Part shown: positions 24,328 through 37,852 of the stretch, piece by piece | Position numbering within the stretch: position 1 is the stretch's first letter | Layout: every line of letters begins with the position of its first letter | DNA from: Catajapyx aquilonaris | Lineage: Eukaryota | Direction of reading: 5' to 3' | Assembly: GCA_000934665.2 (NCBI GenBank) | Contig: KZ538435.1 | Coordinates: 1 to 64,000 of the forward strand | DNA: 64,000 nucleotides | Notes under the pieces: generated by a model | What the model was told of the DNA's origin: nothing | Databases searched by the model: none | Seen by the model: only the letters and a program-made list of their open reading frames with translations | Translations under genes and position numbers: made by a program

Positions 24328-26313
24328 TCTCCCTCAAACTGACAAAATTCTCTCTGGGGCAAATGTATAAGTAAATAATGTAATAACTTATAGCGTACAG
24401 TAGACTACGTGTGTATGCCAGTTTAGATGATAAACATATTTAGAAAAACGAATTGTTATTCCATAGCTCTGCGATATTTAAACTTCCTGAACGAAATGAA
24501 AAACTAATTGATTGATAAATTAAATGCTGTATGAGATATACGTAAGCGAACGCTTTAATTACATTATTACACAAAAACTCTCTTTGCTGAAACACTTATC
24601 ATAGACCGTCAGAAACAAGCCACAAAACTCAGTAACCTACAGATAAATATAATATTCCAGATACCCAGTCTTTATTCTGTAATTGACAAATACTGTACAC
24701 CATCTCCCACACCAAAATACAACAAACCAAACGTAAGGTAGGCAACCCACATCGTGCAAGGGCAGTGGACAGTAGGCCTACCCAAGAAAGCCAGCTGATG
24801 ACCAGCAATCTCTGGGACACCTGGTATTCTATACATGCTATCGTCAGGGGGGAGTCCTGTATTCTTACTCTCCCCACTTCCCAGTCGCTCTGTAAATCCT
24901 AAAGGAAAATAACCGACGAGGCGTGAATCTGGGCCCCGACGAGTGACATTCGCGGGGTGGGATGAGTGTGGTGGCCGGGGGAAGGCTGGGTGAGGAGGGG
25001 GAGAGGGAAGTAGGGGGGTGCTTCGACAAGTGCTTCCAAATAAGTCGGCCGAGTCAAGCACATTCAATTTAGCACAGATGAGCTATCTCTTTGCCACAAA
25101 TTGGAGCCGACCCTTCCACGTGAGATTGGAAGGACGGGGCGGAGGGATCACACTGATAGGCTTGTCTGAAGCTTCCGACTCCATGCGATGCCAGCGACGC
25201 CTTTCAACGTTTTCACTTCTTCCCCCAGCCCTATGTCACCTTTCCAACGACCTCATCATCTGTTCATGGAGAAGGAAGGGAGGGTGGGGAGAAAAATGAA
25301 TGGCACCAAACTTTTCAAAAGGCACGGTTTATAGGACCTACTTCATCATGCGTCTGATCCTATTTAGCGATAATGTGCGACTGTATACAGGGTGAACCAA
25401 GCTTTGAGTTTTTATGAGCTACTACAGTTAATTTTTTGGCAGTAAGTTTTTATGGGAAGATGAGTAATCATTTCTAATGGACCTTTAAAAACTTGGGCGC
25501 GGTAACAGCTTTTTTTCTGAGAATTTATTTACTAACCTGGACGCGTGGTTTGCCAACTGTCAGCATCCCACCACAATGGGAGTATTCATTTCGGCATTTC
25601 CCCAAATGGCGGCATAGTCAAGCTGCAGTGTGTCCATTTATTCGTCTTTACTGATTCAAAGTTCGTTATACTTTACTGTAGCCCATTGTGCCATGAACAG
25701 CATGATTCGGTGAGCACCTCCCAACTGCATCAAGGGATTCAGATGTGAGAGAAAATACACAGAATCTTCAATTAGGCATCAATAAATATGTATTAAATTA
25801 CAAAATTATCTCTAAAAATATAGTATGGAATGGCAAGTTGTAGTTGAGCTTGCACAACCTGAAATATCTTAGTTTTGTAAGTCTAAAGCTGTTTCGTATA
25901 GTATTGGTCATATAATATATCGAGGCAACCGCCAGCGACATTTTCCGAAGCGGCAGAAGAAGGCTTGTAGCATGCTTATCTTCGATTCCGTCTTCTGCCG
26001 CTTCGGAAAATACTGTACGGGATCATTTTGATCAGGAATGTTAACCGGAAAGGTAAATAACAAACGGCATCACTTGATCCTCAAATATTCTGGTTGCTTG
26101 GAATAATGCATAGGACATGTTTAATGTCTTATTTCGCCGAGAAACATAATAATTTTTAATGAATCATCTTGTCCAGGAGGCCAGCGTGGGAGTCCTATTC
26201 TTGCTTGACGAAGACATTCGTTTGAATTCTGGACTAGACCATCTCCTTAGCTACGAGTAACAAAGGAGCATTGTAGTTTATCAACCACAATTGATGCCAA
26301 CATCGTTAAGAAA

Positions 26314-26597
26314 CCCCCGGTAGGTAGAGCGTTGGACTACAAGGTCCATGAATGCTGGTTCGAGTCCGGCTCCGGGGACACTTTTTTTTCTTTTCTATTT
26401 TTCTTTGTCAAAAATTGCGGACAAATGAGGTCTGCAACATATTATTTTGGTCGGTCGTACGTCATTGGTGAATTTATTTTGCGCGTAAAATATATGTTTA
26501 TGTTTATATAGTTGCATATACGTTTGACATAAATACAGGTATTTGTTGTTAGCGTTGAACTCTAGTTCCATGAATGTATGTTGGTTCGAGTCCGGCA
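26314..26597 (+). repeat. Two degenerate tRNA-like units in direct orientation
   Basis: AGCGTTG.ACT....TCCATGAATG...TGGTTCGAGTCCGGC at 26314-26380 and 26550-26597; no complete cloverleaf. Confidence 0.6.
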
Positions 26598-27313
26598 CGA
26601 GAGAAAAAATTTTCTTCAGAACATTGCAAAAAAGATTTTATACTCTTTTGAATTAAGTTACTAATTATTTTTCCTTTCGCGCGAATAAGTGGATTCCCGT
26701 AAATAATTTTTCGGTGTTAAAATTTTCAAGATGAGACATGCTCAATTCACGAGTGCAGTTGTCTCACGTTCTCCTGCCTCCACTTGGTAATAGTTATCAT
26801 ATATCGGTAATATCGGTAAAATTGTGTTAACAGTCATAATCATGCTAGTATTAAATCGTGTTTACCTTTTAATCTGGTAAACAATATTATTAGGGACACT
26901 CTCAAAAACTACAATGGTACTATCCTACTTTTTTTTTGACCAAACGCATCCTGTCAGTACGCAACCATCAGTACTCCAGTGATTTTCTTCCCTTTTCAGA
27001 CTTCATCACTGGCGAGTTCTGAGTGGTTTATATAGCACCATGATACGTCTGACCGAAACCTTCTTAGATAGATTCTGTATTAGAATGAATAGTTAGGTAT
27101 CGTACTTATTTAACATACCGGTATACTTATAAAAAGACACAACCAATTCATTGAGTTGCATATTTTTCGCTATAACATTTGCAGTTAATGAAATAAAAAT
27201 GGCACGTTGTCAATTAGGCATCTCTTATGCATATTAATATCAAAATATTAATATGCATAAGAGACCCCTAATTGACAACGCGCTATTTTTATTATTATTT
27301 TATTATATTATTA

Positions 27314-27545
27314 GGGAGACGGAGTGGTGCTGCGGTAACGTACGCACCCACGGATGTTAAGATCCCGGGTTCGATCCCAGCCCGGGGACACTCCCTTAAT
27401 CTCGTGCAGAGTTGGGCCATCTCTGGCTTCGTCTCGGGTGGAATCTCCGCTAGACTCATCCACCCGGGGGAGTTCACAAAATGACCAAGCAACGACATTG
27501 CACTTGCACTTTGCGTATCCCCTCCCAGTCACTTCATCTTGGGGC
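27314..27545 (+). mobile_element. tRNA-derived SINE, head A, 3'-truncated
   Basis: TGGTGCTGCGG and GGTTCGATCCC boxes; high similarity to 17620-17836. Confidence 0.88.
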
Positions 27546-27559
27546 GGCACATGACCGGT

Positions 27560-27688
27560 TACGCCATGTAAATTTTTACCTATTTTCGCACGTGTCAAAA
27601 TTTTCTCCTCAATAAAATTTGCCGCCTCCATGAAATTTGCCGCCCTAGGCACGTGCCTTCTGGGTCTATTTGGTAATATATCTCACTG
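27560..27688. mobile_element. Probable hAT-type element end
   Basis: Repeated AAAATTTGCCGCC subterminal motifs ending in ...CACTG; partner end not found. Confidence 0.4.
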
Positions 27689-28448
27689 CGTATGGCCCCT
27701 CAGTAAACCAATGAAAATGGTTAGTCTTCTTGATGCACTGAAATCAAGATTTTGCATATCCCTCCAGGATAGATTTGGGTTATGGCTATGTGCACATTAA
27801 TATAATTATTTAAGTCTAGAATGTAGCTAATATCATATTAAGTGTTTGCTTAGCTGATTTCTAAGATGTGAAATTGTATGAATCATGTAAATTGGCTGAG
27901 AAGTGTTCTTGTACCCTACGATGGCCTTGGGTTCTGTATCTTCACTTGTTGTTGTTGTTTTTTTACTGAAGCAGGACGAACGGAACGAGTGGATGGATTG
28001 GCAGCCTCCCTGTTGCAGCCCTGCAGAAATCACCTGAACGAGTGCCAGACACCCGTAAGTTTTCTAAATGTCTGTCTGTCTGTCTTTGCCTACTCTCGAT
28101 TCCTTCCCTCTCACACTAGAGCAAGGCAATCAGATTGGCCAGGTTAGATCCCCCTTCCCCCTTCACCTTCCCCCACCTTCCTTCTCCGGTCCCGGCACTG
28201 ATTGATTAGCATTACCGCAGCCCCCAGGTCTCAACCTTTCCTCCAAAGTGGCCGCCATGTTTCAGCAAACGATCCTCCTTTTGTTTACACCGCCAAACCT
28301 TCCTTCTGCACTCTATCCGCTGGAAATCCTGGCGGAATCGTTAAGCTCCCAGGCCCTGGGAATAATTTGCTGTGCCATTAAGCCAATGAAAAATCACTGC
28401 CGCCCTCCTTTCCACCTCCTCCATCCCCCACCTCCTCCCCCTTAACCG

Positions 28449-28500
28449 TGGGTGGGTGGGGGGGGGGGGGGGGNGGGGGGGGGGGGGGGGGGGGGGGAGG
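28449..28500 (+). repeat. Poly-G tract (contains an N)
   Basis: About 40 consecutive G; length probably unreliable. Confidence 0.85.
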
Positions 28501-31500
28501 ATGGGGCCGTTTCCTCTTCCTCACTTCCTGCGCGGTGCAAAGCCTGGCGCTCCACGTCCTGCCGCAAAGGTCCACACTGATAGAGCCGCCACCATCCATC
28601 TTCGCTCCCCACCCCACATCTATCACTGCACCACTAAATGCCCACTTCCAGCACTATTGAATCCTGCCGAAATACTCTCTACTCCAAGCTAACTCGCCCA
28701 TGACAATCAACAAAACCAGACATCTCCCTCTTTTTATTGCGCCAACTATTACTTTTTTCCTAGATGTATGTTTACTTATATGAAGAGCGGTGTGCTTATC
28801 GACAACCTCGTCAGTTTAAGATGTCGGATGTCAGTCTTTACACAGGGTAATAATATGGTGGAAGAGGAAAATGCTGGCTTACTTTTGGAAATAGTATCCA
28901 AAATGTAATTATGTGTTTCATTAAGCTCGGCTTGCACTATTATTGATTTTCATTATTGACTCATTAATGGGATAAGCTACCGCTGTTGGTAATGTGTGTT
29001 CTTGAAACCACCATTCTGAGTCAGGATTCCATTATCAAATTACCTTAATTAACGGCACTTCAGGTGCCTCTCATATTAGTGTTTTTTTAATGAGTAGGCG
29101 ATGCAATTTGTTCAAGTACACCTCGTTATTTTGCATTACTTACATACAGAGCAGTGACTCAAATGATTGAATCCATGACATGCTCCTGCTGGGGAAAAAA
29201 AGAGGAACAAAAATCAGTAATAAGAGCCCACAAAAAACAATACGTGCAACAGTGTGGTTTACACGCCTGCAGCAGTAATTAACTATATGCAGATTATTTT
29301 GTACGAGGACACATACGAGCTAGGAAAAACCGGGATTTAATCCCGCTTTAGGTCTGGCGAATTTTTGCATCAAAAATATCTCTGGATCTTTTCCTTTGCT
29401 CTTGGAATGAGATCGATATTGACTAGCTAACACATGTCGCTATAGACTCGAGTCTACTCAATCAATAAGTTATGTATAACTCCGTTTTTACCCCTCTACA
29501 AGTAGGACTTGCAGATGCATTGCAATACGTGAACTCATTTATTCATTGGACAAGCTGATATCCAGACTATAAAATAATAGAAAAACAAGAAGCGAGCGGA
29601 AGAGACGAAGGCTCAAGTGGGTGGAAAGCAACGAAGAAAAAAAAAATAGGAGAGAGCGCACTTGAATTGATTCAGGGATGGGGAAATGGTTCAATCCGGA
29701 ATGAGCCTCAGCGCGGGATAATTTGAATTCGCCCAAAGCGCTCACGGAGTGGGGGGAGAGTAATAAGCGAATAGAGAGGAATACAAGTACGTGGAATCGA
29801 GATGAAACTATGAATGAGAAAGGTACGAAATGAGGTTTTCAATTAAGCGGATGAAAGAGGGGGCTGACGGGTAATTGGATCACAGACTACAAGGTAAAGT
29901 GGTGGGGAGAAGCAGGAGGAACAAGCTAGGTAGATCCTTAATTTTGAACGAGACAAAGGAATGAAACGAAAAAAAAGGTGTTGAAAAACTCGTATAGAAG
30001 AGCTTAAAGTGCAACCTAATCGTTTCTCCTTTCAAAACGTCATTCCAAGCCAAAAAATTTGTGAGCTCGACGCCCCGTGACATGTTCTGTTGACGTGGCT
30101 TTAATCTTTCCCGCTTGTGCCTGGGACAAATTTTCGGTGGCACACGCTGGGAAGAACCCCCCGCGGAAATCCGCTTCGGCGGCGATTTTCAAAACAGACG
30201 TCCAGAAAGATAGGGCCGCAAAAAAAAATGGCTGCGGGGAGCTGACGCTCGTCATAATGAACTTTTAGTAGCGGAACAATTGCCCGTAAGTCAGCAGACT
30301 TGGGCTTGTCACTTTTTAACACGCTGTTCCTTCAAATGCTCACTCGTGCAATAAAATTTATACTAGTCGACAGGCCACAAAATTTTGAAGAGTTGCGATC
30401 AATTTTATTCGGACTTGAAGAGTTGGCCACGTGGGTGCACACAATTTTTTTCATCACCATTCAAGCTCAAATTTACATACAACAAAGGCAATGCCTATGA
30501 AAAGGGGAAAAAATCCATCGTGGAAGGGAATGTAAAAGTAGAATTCGGAGCCCCAGTGTAATAAGAGCGGCAAATAGCAGCGAGGCTCTCATGGGGCCTC
30601 TCGGTCGGCCTTTGGAGTAGAAAAGCTAGTGCAGTCATCGCGCCTCGGCGAAGATACCACCGCAAGGCACCAGGAGTCTCTATTATATTGCAAACTATGA
30701 AAAGGAAGATAGAAATGGGGGACTATGAAGATGAAGCCAACGTATTTCTTTTGGCCCCGTTGGATCACTTCCAATACGAGAGGAGGGATGGAGCGGAACC
30801 TTTTTATCGACAACTGCAGATTTCATATCCTTCCCTGGAAATACTTGGGCTCATAATGGATTGTCGTCATAAAACACTGGAAAGGATGTCGTCGTCGATC
30901 AACTCAAACCGTGTTTCGCACATTATTCCCTCATGGTGATCCAGAATGAAGCAAGTGTAAAAAAATGTGTAAAAAAGACAATCGGAGTGTTTTTATTTTA
31001 ATGCAATGAAGGTGTTGTTTTTAAATACGTGGCTTGATCAAATGAAAACGAGAATTACTGCATAAAAATTCTAATACGTCGCCGCTCAGGATGCTATTTG
31101 AGAGGGGCTTCGTATATGTACACACAACTTCAGGCAGTTTGTCAATAGGTGGAGGGGGAGTCGAACAACAGCTCTGTTCCTTAATAGCCAGGATGTGTCC
31201 AGGATCCGTCAGAACTCAGAAACAATTATTTTCACTGTACTACGTAATTTATCATATTTATATTAACTGTAAATGTTGCACCGGAATATTTAACATATGT
31301 ATTTTAAAAACCGTGTCTCTTTCCTGGGAATATACTCGGAATCTATGTGGATGGAGAATATTTGCAAAATGTGGACAATTATTGGTGTTGGTAATAATGT
31401 TCCCAGAACTACACACTAGCCTTCCTAGACTCCAGTAGTCCTATATCTCAGGTTATCGTACGCAAAACTCGCAAGAGTCCTCTTCCCAAGCACACACAAG

Positions 31501-31536
31501 TGGATGAAAGCCGCATTCTAGAGATGAAGGTTCGAT

Positions 31537-31568
<32 letters not shown>

Positions 31569-34500
31569 TCTCTCCCTCCCTCTCCCCTTTCCTTCCTACC
31601 CCCACCCCCTTCTTCCTTCCGCCCGTTCTATGTGGTCCAGGAATAAGAGCGAGAAAGCGTCGGATTCTATAGGGACCAGGTGAAGACAAATGAACTCGTA
31701 GCAGTCCGAGAATTCCAGAGAGGCGCCTCAAGACTCTTCACTGTGAACTTTTGCTCCAAAGGCCTTCCTGCCGGCAAACTACTCGTAGATGAAGAGAGTT
31801 CTTCGTAGGCACCTTCAAGTATCCTCTAGGATACTGTATTGACGCATAATGACACAAGGGAGAAAAATCGGTACAAGTATGTGATCCAAATGTCAATGTA
31901 GAATCAATCAAACCACGTTTGTCAAATGTCCGTATTGGGGATTTCCGAAGCCCGCGAAGAACTTTTCAATACTGGCACTTTCTCATCAATATTCTATCTC
32001 TCACCCCATCTGAAGGAGCCTGCGTTTCCAATAGGAGAATCGCTGGGGTTCGTTGTTGTCATTTTCGATATCATCTATTCACCGTCATGACCGCCTCCGA
32101 CACAGTAGTCGGCTAAAAAATGTACGTCATCCTGCAGCTTGCTTTGATAGTTGCAAACGAGCGGATCGCTGGAAGTTCCTCAGAATTGCCATTCGCCAGC
32201 AGGCAAACTTGTGCTGTACTCTAACGACTTATTTACAATGTGATATAGGCTATAAGTTGCAGTATACTTTGAAATATCCGATATATGAAGTCAAACTGAT
32301 AATTTAAAATGTTAAAAATCTCTCAAAGAGTAGCCTATATGCTTACTGTGCTGTGTCAAATCAAATAAGGATGAAGCAAGAGGTAATGAAAAAAGGAGCA
32401 GATATCATATAACAACTGCTTTAGTTTCGACTGTAGGTTTTCTGCTTCTCATTAAGAAGGCGAATTGAAATTCTTTGAAGAAATATTGAGTGCTCCAAAT
32501 ATTTCATATCACGCGATGTAATGAAGAGTGCACTCTCCTCGATGTCTAATAATCTTCCTCATGAAACTCTTCCCCTTCTCTGTAATCAACAACTTCCTAT
32601 GGAAAGATATGAACTTTGCACGACTTGCGCAACTTCTTCAGCGGCGGCGATTAAGTGCCGTCAGAAACTCTATATGAAGAAGAAGAGGTAAATTTCTCTA
32701 TCACTGTCTTTTAAGGACCCGCCACTGATGTAATAAAATAGTCCCATCTCCAGAGGAACAATACTTATTTGTCGCCAGGATGCAGGAACACGAGCTAGAG
32801 ATTATGTCTCGTATTTTCTCAGGTTTTATGCCCTTTCATTTGGGGGAAATAAGTCACCTCGTAACGCCCATTCGCAGCTGCAATAATGTGAAAAACTTTA
32901 ATTGTTTAAATTCAAATAAGGTAGCACACTTTAATATATTTTTCCTTTGACGACTGAGGCGAGGAAGCGCTTTATGAAGCAGACTTCGTCAGTAAGAGTC
33001 CAAGTGAGATTATAATTATGTATTGCAATGCACATATCCGCAAGTACTGTACAGTACCTTTAGTACAATTGAATTCAGCGAAACTGAGAACTGGGTATTA
33101 TTAAGGAATTGTCAGCTTGACATAAGAGACCTTCAGTATCGACACACTGAATTTAGAAAACTGGTATAATCATTTTGAGTCAGATCTGTGCAGGTAATAT
33201 GATCGCCATAATATATTATGGTATACAAAGGGTTAAATTATAATTATATAACGTATATTGGAAGCACAGTGCTATTTCGGTATCTACATGTTCTGTTAAA
33301 AGGCCAAACTATAGGTCTGTACAATGCAGTGTTAAGTTATCTCGGGTTATCATTGTTGGAGCATCCGGAAGTGTTTCACGGGAGAATGACATGGCGTGAA
33401 TGCAGACCGGGACCGGAGGTTAGGCTACAGTTTTGAAAGAAAAAAAATCTCACAAAATAGCAAAGTTATATAAAGTAATGGTTGGTATATACCAGTGATT
33501 TTCCTTTTGGTAAGAACGCTTAGAACAGACTTACACCCAATTAGGCACCTGTGACATCAACGTGTCTGATACAAACAAACTGTTTTCTTTGGAAGTCATT
33601 TTATTTCGCGAATTTCCTAGCCCTGTATTGCTGCAAATATGTTGCTTTAAGTGCAACCAATGCATGACAGGATTGATTCAAGATGGGAACTCACTATCTG
33701 TAGCAACTCAACGTTTTTCTGGCCTCTTTTCAGCCTACGTTATCGCGTTGGTTTGTCCGGAGCGTGGTCCGGAGTTGCTGGCATTCCGATAAGGCAATAG
33801 GTAGGTCTTTTAAAGCTGGATCTACTATAAACGAGCTTTCCAACGGTGTTTTTAACTCACTACTATACACATGCAGGTGAGGCGACTAGAGCTGCTGGAA
33901 ATTGGATCAGCGAGATTTTTGCTGATACAAGATATACGCATATAAGCCTCACCCTTGTGTGGCGTCGTAGTATAGGCCTACTATGAGATAAAATAATCTA
34001 GACTGCAATATCACTGCAGAACTCATGTGCAGTCACTTGCATCTTCATTTGAGAAACATGCATGAATTCAAATTTCCGACTGGGCCGCTAACAACTCTTG
34101 TTACAGTAGGAACGCTTGGCACGCAAAATTTTGGTTTCCTCTCAGTCATGTTGTTATCATAGTGAAAAAATGAAGTTTGAATCTATTGTTCGCCTGACGC
34201 TTCCCATTTGTCGGAACAACGCTGTGCAGGCCACGATAAAACAATAATGTGAAAGGTGCCGCGAGTGATACGCAATATCTGGTGTCATAGTTTGAGTTAC
34301 ACCCTCTTTCAAAATAACACCGTTTCCGAGTCTCCCCACCGGATATTAACTAGTTGCCCCATAGTAAGATCCATTAATTAGTTATCGAATTTCGTGATAG
34401 ATATGCTTCCATTTTAGCCAGAAAATTAATCGGCAGGTTATAAATAGCTCTCCATTTTTCCCCCGTTCTTTCCAACTTGGCATTCAGTCGATGGAGCGTT

Positions 34501-35264
34501 TGAAACCCTGACCGGACCTGCCAACGGGTTTAAAATCCTCGATTTTCAATCTGACCCTTTCTAAAAACTCACCACTTTTTTGTTCAAGTACGGCCGAGTT
34601 ATGAGGGAGTAGCTTCATGATCCTGCAATGCCATCAGTATCCCCCCCCCCTTCCCCCCTCCCCGCAAAAAGAGCCCACCATGAGTTGTTGATTCAAGCGT
34701 TACAACGTTGGAAAAAGGTCAAGAGTGCTTTCAGTGCAAAAGCCTGGCAGCTCTTTGTTGCACTAACCACAAACGATTGTCAGTACTATTGTTCCACACA
34801 AGCGATTTGGATATACGGGAGCTTGGAACAAAATGGTGAACGTTTTAAATTTCAGAAAGAAAACATACACGAGAGAGGAGCGTTTCAATCGGTTTGACAT
34901 TTTGAGAGTGCTCACAAACCGTTTGATTTGGTCTTGTATACACAAAAGGGGTGCCTTTTATTGTTCATGATTCGCATTGTTTGTACTCAGGAAAATCGAT
35001 ATTATGAAGTAGTCCTGGGTAAAGTGGGTCTTGTTACACAAGGTAGAGATTGCTTTAGCCCGAGCTCCAGGGTGTATAGTTTCAATGTTGGCCGCGATAA
35101 ATTGGCTAGTGTGTGCACATACTATACATACAACAGCACCCTAACACACTTTGATAGTGTTAGCCCACAGGGCCTACTTTACACATGTATACTATTTGCT
35201 AATTCATGACCCTTTAATTAGCACAGGTGTAGACAAAAATGGCGTCTTTTTACAACTGCAGGCT

Positions 35265-35657
35265 ATATATAGGGGTTAAACAAAATAATAGGAATAACAC
35301 CTGCAAAAATCGGTTGAAACTTCCCGTCTTTTATTCGAAAACTGGAAAGGTTACAAGGATGACTTTTACCAGGTTTTGAATCTCCGTCGATGTACATTTA
35401 TGTGGGTATGCAGATTACGCAAAATTCATAAGAGGGGAGAGAAACAAAAGACGAACGACACCGCCCCCCAGACCCCATTTTTTGACCAATGTGTTCCAGG
35501 CTTGTCATTTGAAATCCAAAATAGTTACGGATATGAACTTTACTGGGTTTTGAAGTTATATTGATATCACTTTGGGAGGTGTAGAGAGGAACCGATAATC
35601 ACGCGAGGGGGCGGGGGAGATAAATGGAAACAACACTCCCCTCCCCGGCACTGATTT
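35265..35657 (+). mobile_element. Partial relative of the 9550-10673 element
   Basis: Collinear similarity to about 9735-10100 (GAGAAACAAAAGACGAACG, TTTTTGACCAA, GATATGAACTTTACT). Confidence 0.8.
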
Positions 35658-35769
35658 AGGGGTCGGGGTACTACCTTGGTGCCTTTCTTCTATTGGTCAA
35701 TTTGGTGTGTGTATTTCTTCTCAAATGTTGGTAAGGCTAGGTTAATGCATATTTAAACTAAGTTAACTA

Positions 35770-35905
35770 CTTCATATTGAATCCATTAGGTTTGGGAGGT
35801 CTGGTTAGGTCAGGATAAAGTATATTAAAATAATCACGTACTGGTGTATCCATTAGCTTTGGCAGGTTAGGTCAAGGAAGAGTAAAGTAGATCCAAATAA
35901 CCATC
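35770..35905 (+). repeat. Diverged tandem units of about 65 bp containing GGTTAGGTCA
   Basis: ATCCATTAG.TTTGG.AGG...GGTTAGGTCA...TAAAGTA occurs twice; probably internal to an old transposon. Confidence 0.5.
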
Positions 35906-37852
35906 CATACGTTGTTATACACGTACAGTATTAGCAACAAGAGATTAGATATGGGCAGGTTTAAATAGTTGGGCTCAATTATTTTGATTCGAGTAAACAA
36001 AATCTGTTATTCGTAGTTGTTACTGCTATTGAAGCTTTTTAGCCGCGACAAAGCATCTCAACTCCGAACCTTCCTTCAATGTCTATTTCACACTTTCTCC
36101 TCGCTTCCCCCTCTTGCCTTGTGCTGGGGGTCCTAGTAGGGGTCCGAAGAATGGGTGGAAGAAAACATGATGTCCTTTATCATTGTTCATTTCAGAAACG
36201 GTTAACATAGACTGTTACTTCTACTCTACGGTATTTCTAGTAGTCAGTGGTGAGAAACCAACTCTGACCAATGCCAAAGTCAAGCTATGCCCAACGAGAT
36301 GACAGGTTGCAACAATTTCACAAATCGCTAAAATAGAAATCAACCCACCACTCATTACTGAACAATGCTAACTACGTAATTGAGATTGGGTCCGCATTTG
36401 GCGACTTGGCTCTTATCTATCTACAGTACGTAATAATTCTCTTTAGTTGCCCATGACATTCGATATGCAATAGGGAATGACGTGCTCATGCGCGACTGTA
36501 GAGCGTATCCTAACACGTTTCTTGTCGTCCTATTGTTGCATATCAACTTAGCACTACCGTGTGTATCTGTTAATCCTGACTTAATTTTCATAATATTGGT
36601 TTTTTACTATGACGCATGTCGCATAAAGGCCAACACACAAGAAAAAGAAACCTTCATAGCCTATCTATTAGTGGAAGATGTCTTTACCCAGGGAAATAAA
36701 ATCCCTTGTGAATGGGGAACTGTAGGCCCACACCTAAAAATAATATTTGATCTGATCATTCTTTCCCGTAGCTAGGGCCAGATTTAATGGTTACAGGAGA
36801 AGACAGTTCGTCTAACAATGGCCTATAGTTCATTTCGAGGAACGCCTCTCGAAAGAGAAGGAACAAAAAAAGAACCAATTAGGGTACTTTTCTTCCCATC
36901 GAAAGACTCCCGACATTATTGGAAAAAGTCGTCGGTTCGGGCTTTGCTCTGACTGTATAGTTTCTACCCGGAAAAGAATTATACTACTGTACAGGGGAAC
37001 TACTGTGGTAGCTAACCGTTTCAGGGAGACTGAAGACCTTCGCCAAGCAAGTCCTTGATCCGATTTCCATGATTCTCCGTTTACGATCTCTCGATTCATC
37101 TTTAGGAGAACTTTTATTGGAGGCAGAGACAATGATAGATAAACAAGGTAACCATTATTCATGCAACTAGAGAATAGTATTGACGTAACAATGCGCAACA
37201 ATAATTATCAACAATGAAAATAACACCTAAAGGCTTGTGATGTCACAAATCTCTGAATTCCTACAATGGGCCAGGTAAACTAGCATGAGCGATTGAGAAA
37301 GCAATGTGCACTGTGTAAAATAAATTAGAAACGCCACGTGATAAACGTGTAATACTGCCCGTGCCGTGTGTAAATGTACCACAAAGTGTTTGTAAACCTA
37401 ATTGTTCCGCATTGGGATATTTATAATGAGTCGTGTGCCGCTGACAGCCGCTGATATCGATGACTGATTGGAAAAAGGCGTGCACTGAACGCTGCAGGCT
37501 TGCATTTTCTTTTTTCTTTTAAACTATTTAAACCTCTCCCGACTCGATCCGGTGTAGTGGACCAGAATTCTAAGCACCAGCACAAGTTTGATCCATTTCA
37601 TGTATACATATAGACCTACTTCTAAAAGCATGTTTTAGGAACTTCAGGTCTCTGCGGTTTTGTATTCGTTACAGTACCGGTACACCATATATAACTGGTC
37701 ATCCATATTAAATTCCATTCTAATTTCACATTGTAAATTAGAAAATTGGGTTTTAGACCATCGTGAAAAGCCTGCTTCTGAGTGGTTTATTTCAAATTGC
37801 AAGAGATTTCAAGGGAACTAAAGGAGGAAGAAGGAGATAATGAGTATAGTAC

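Noticed and set aside
27975..28054. Possible + strand exon (AG...GTAAGT) with PH-like DERNEWM
   Set aside because: That frame stops inside the exon, the donor context is weak, and no partner exons were found.
32400..32690. Possible mariner remnants here and at about 20520-20770, 36850-37150, 45940-46200 and 58870-59100
   Set aside because: Too decayed to support by eye; needs a translated profile search.
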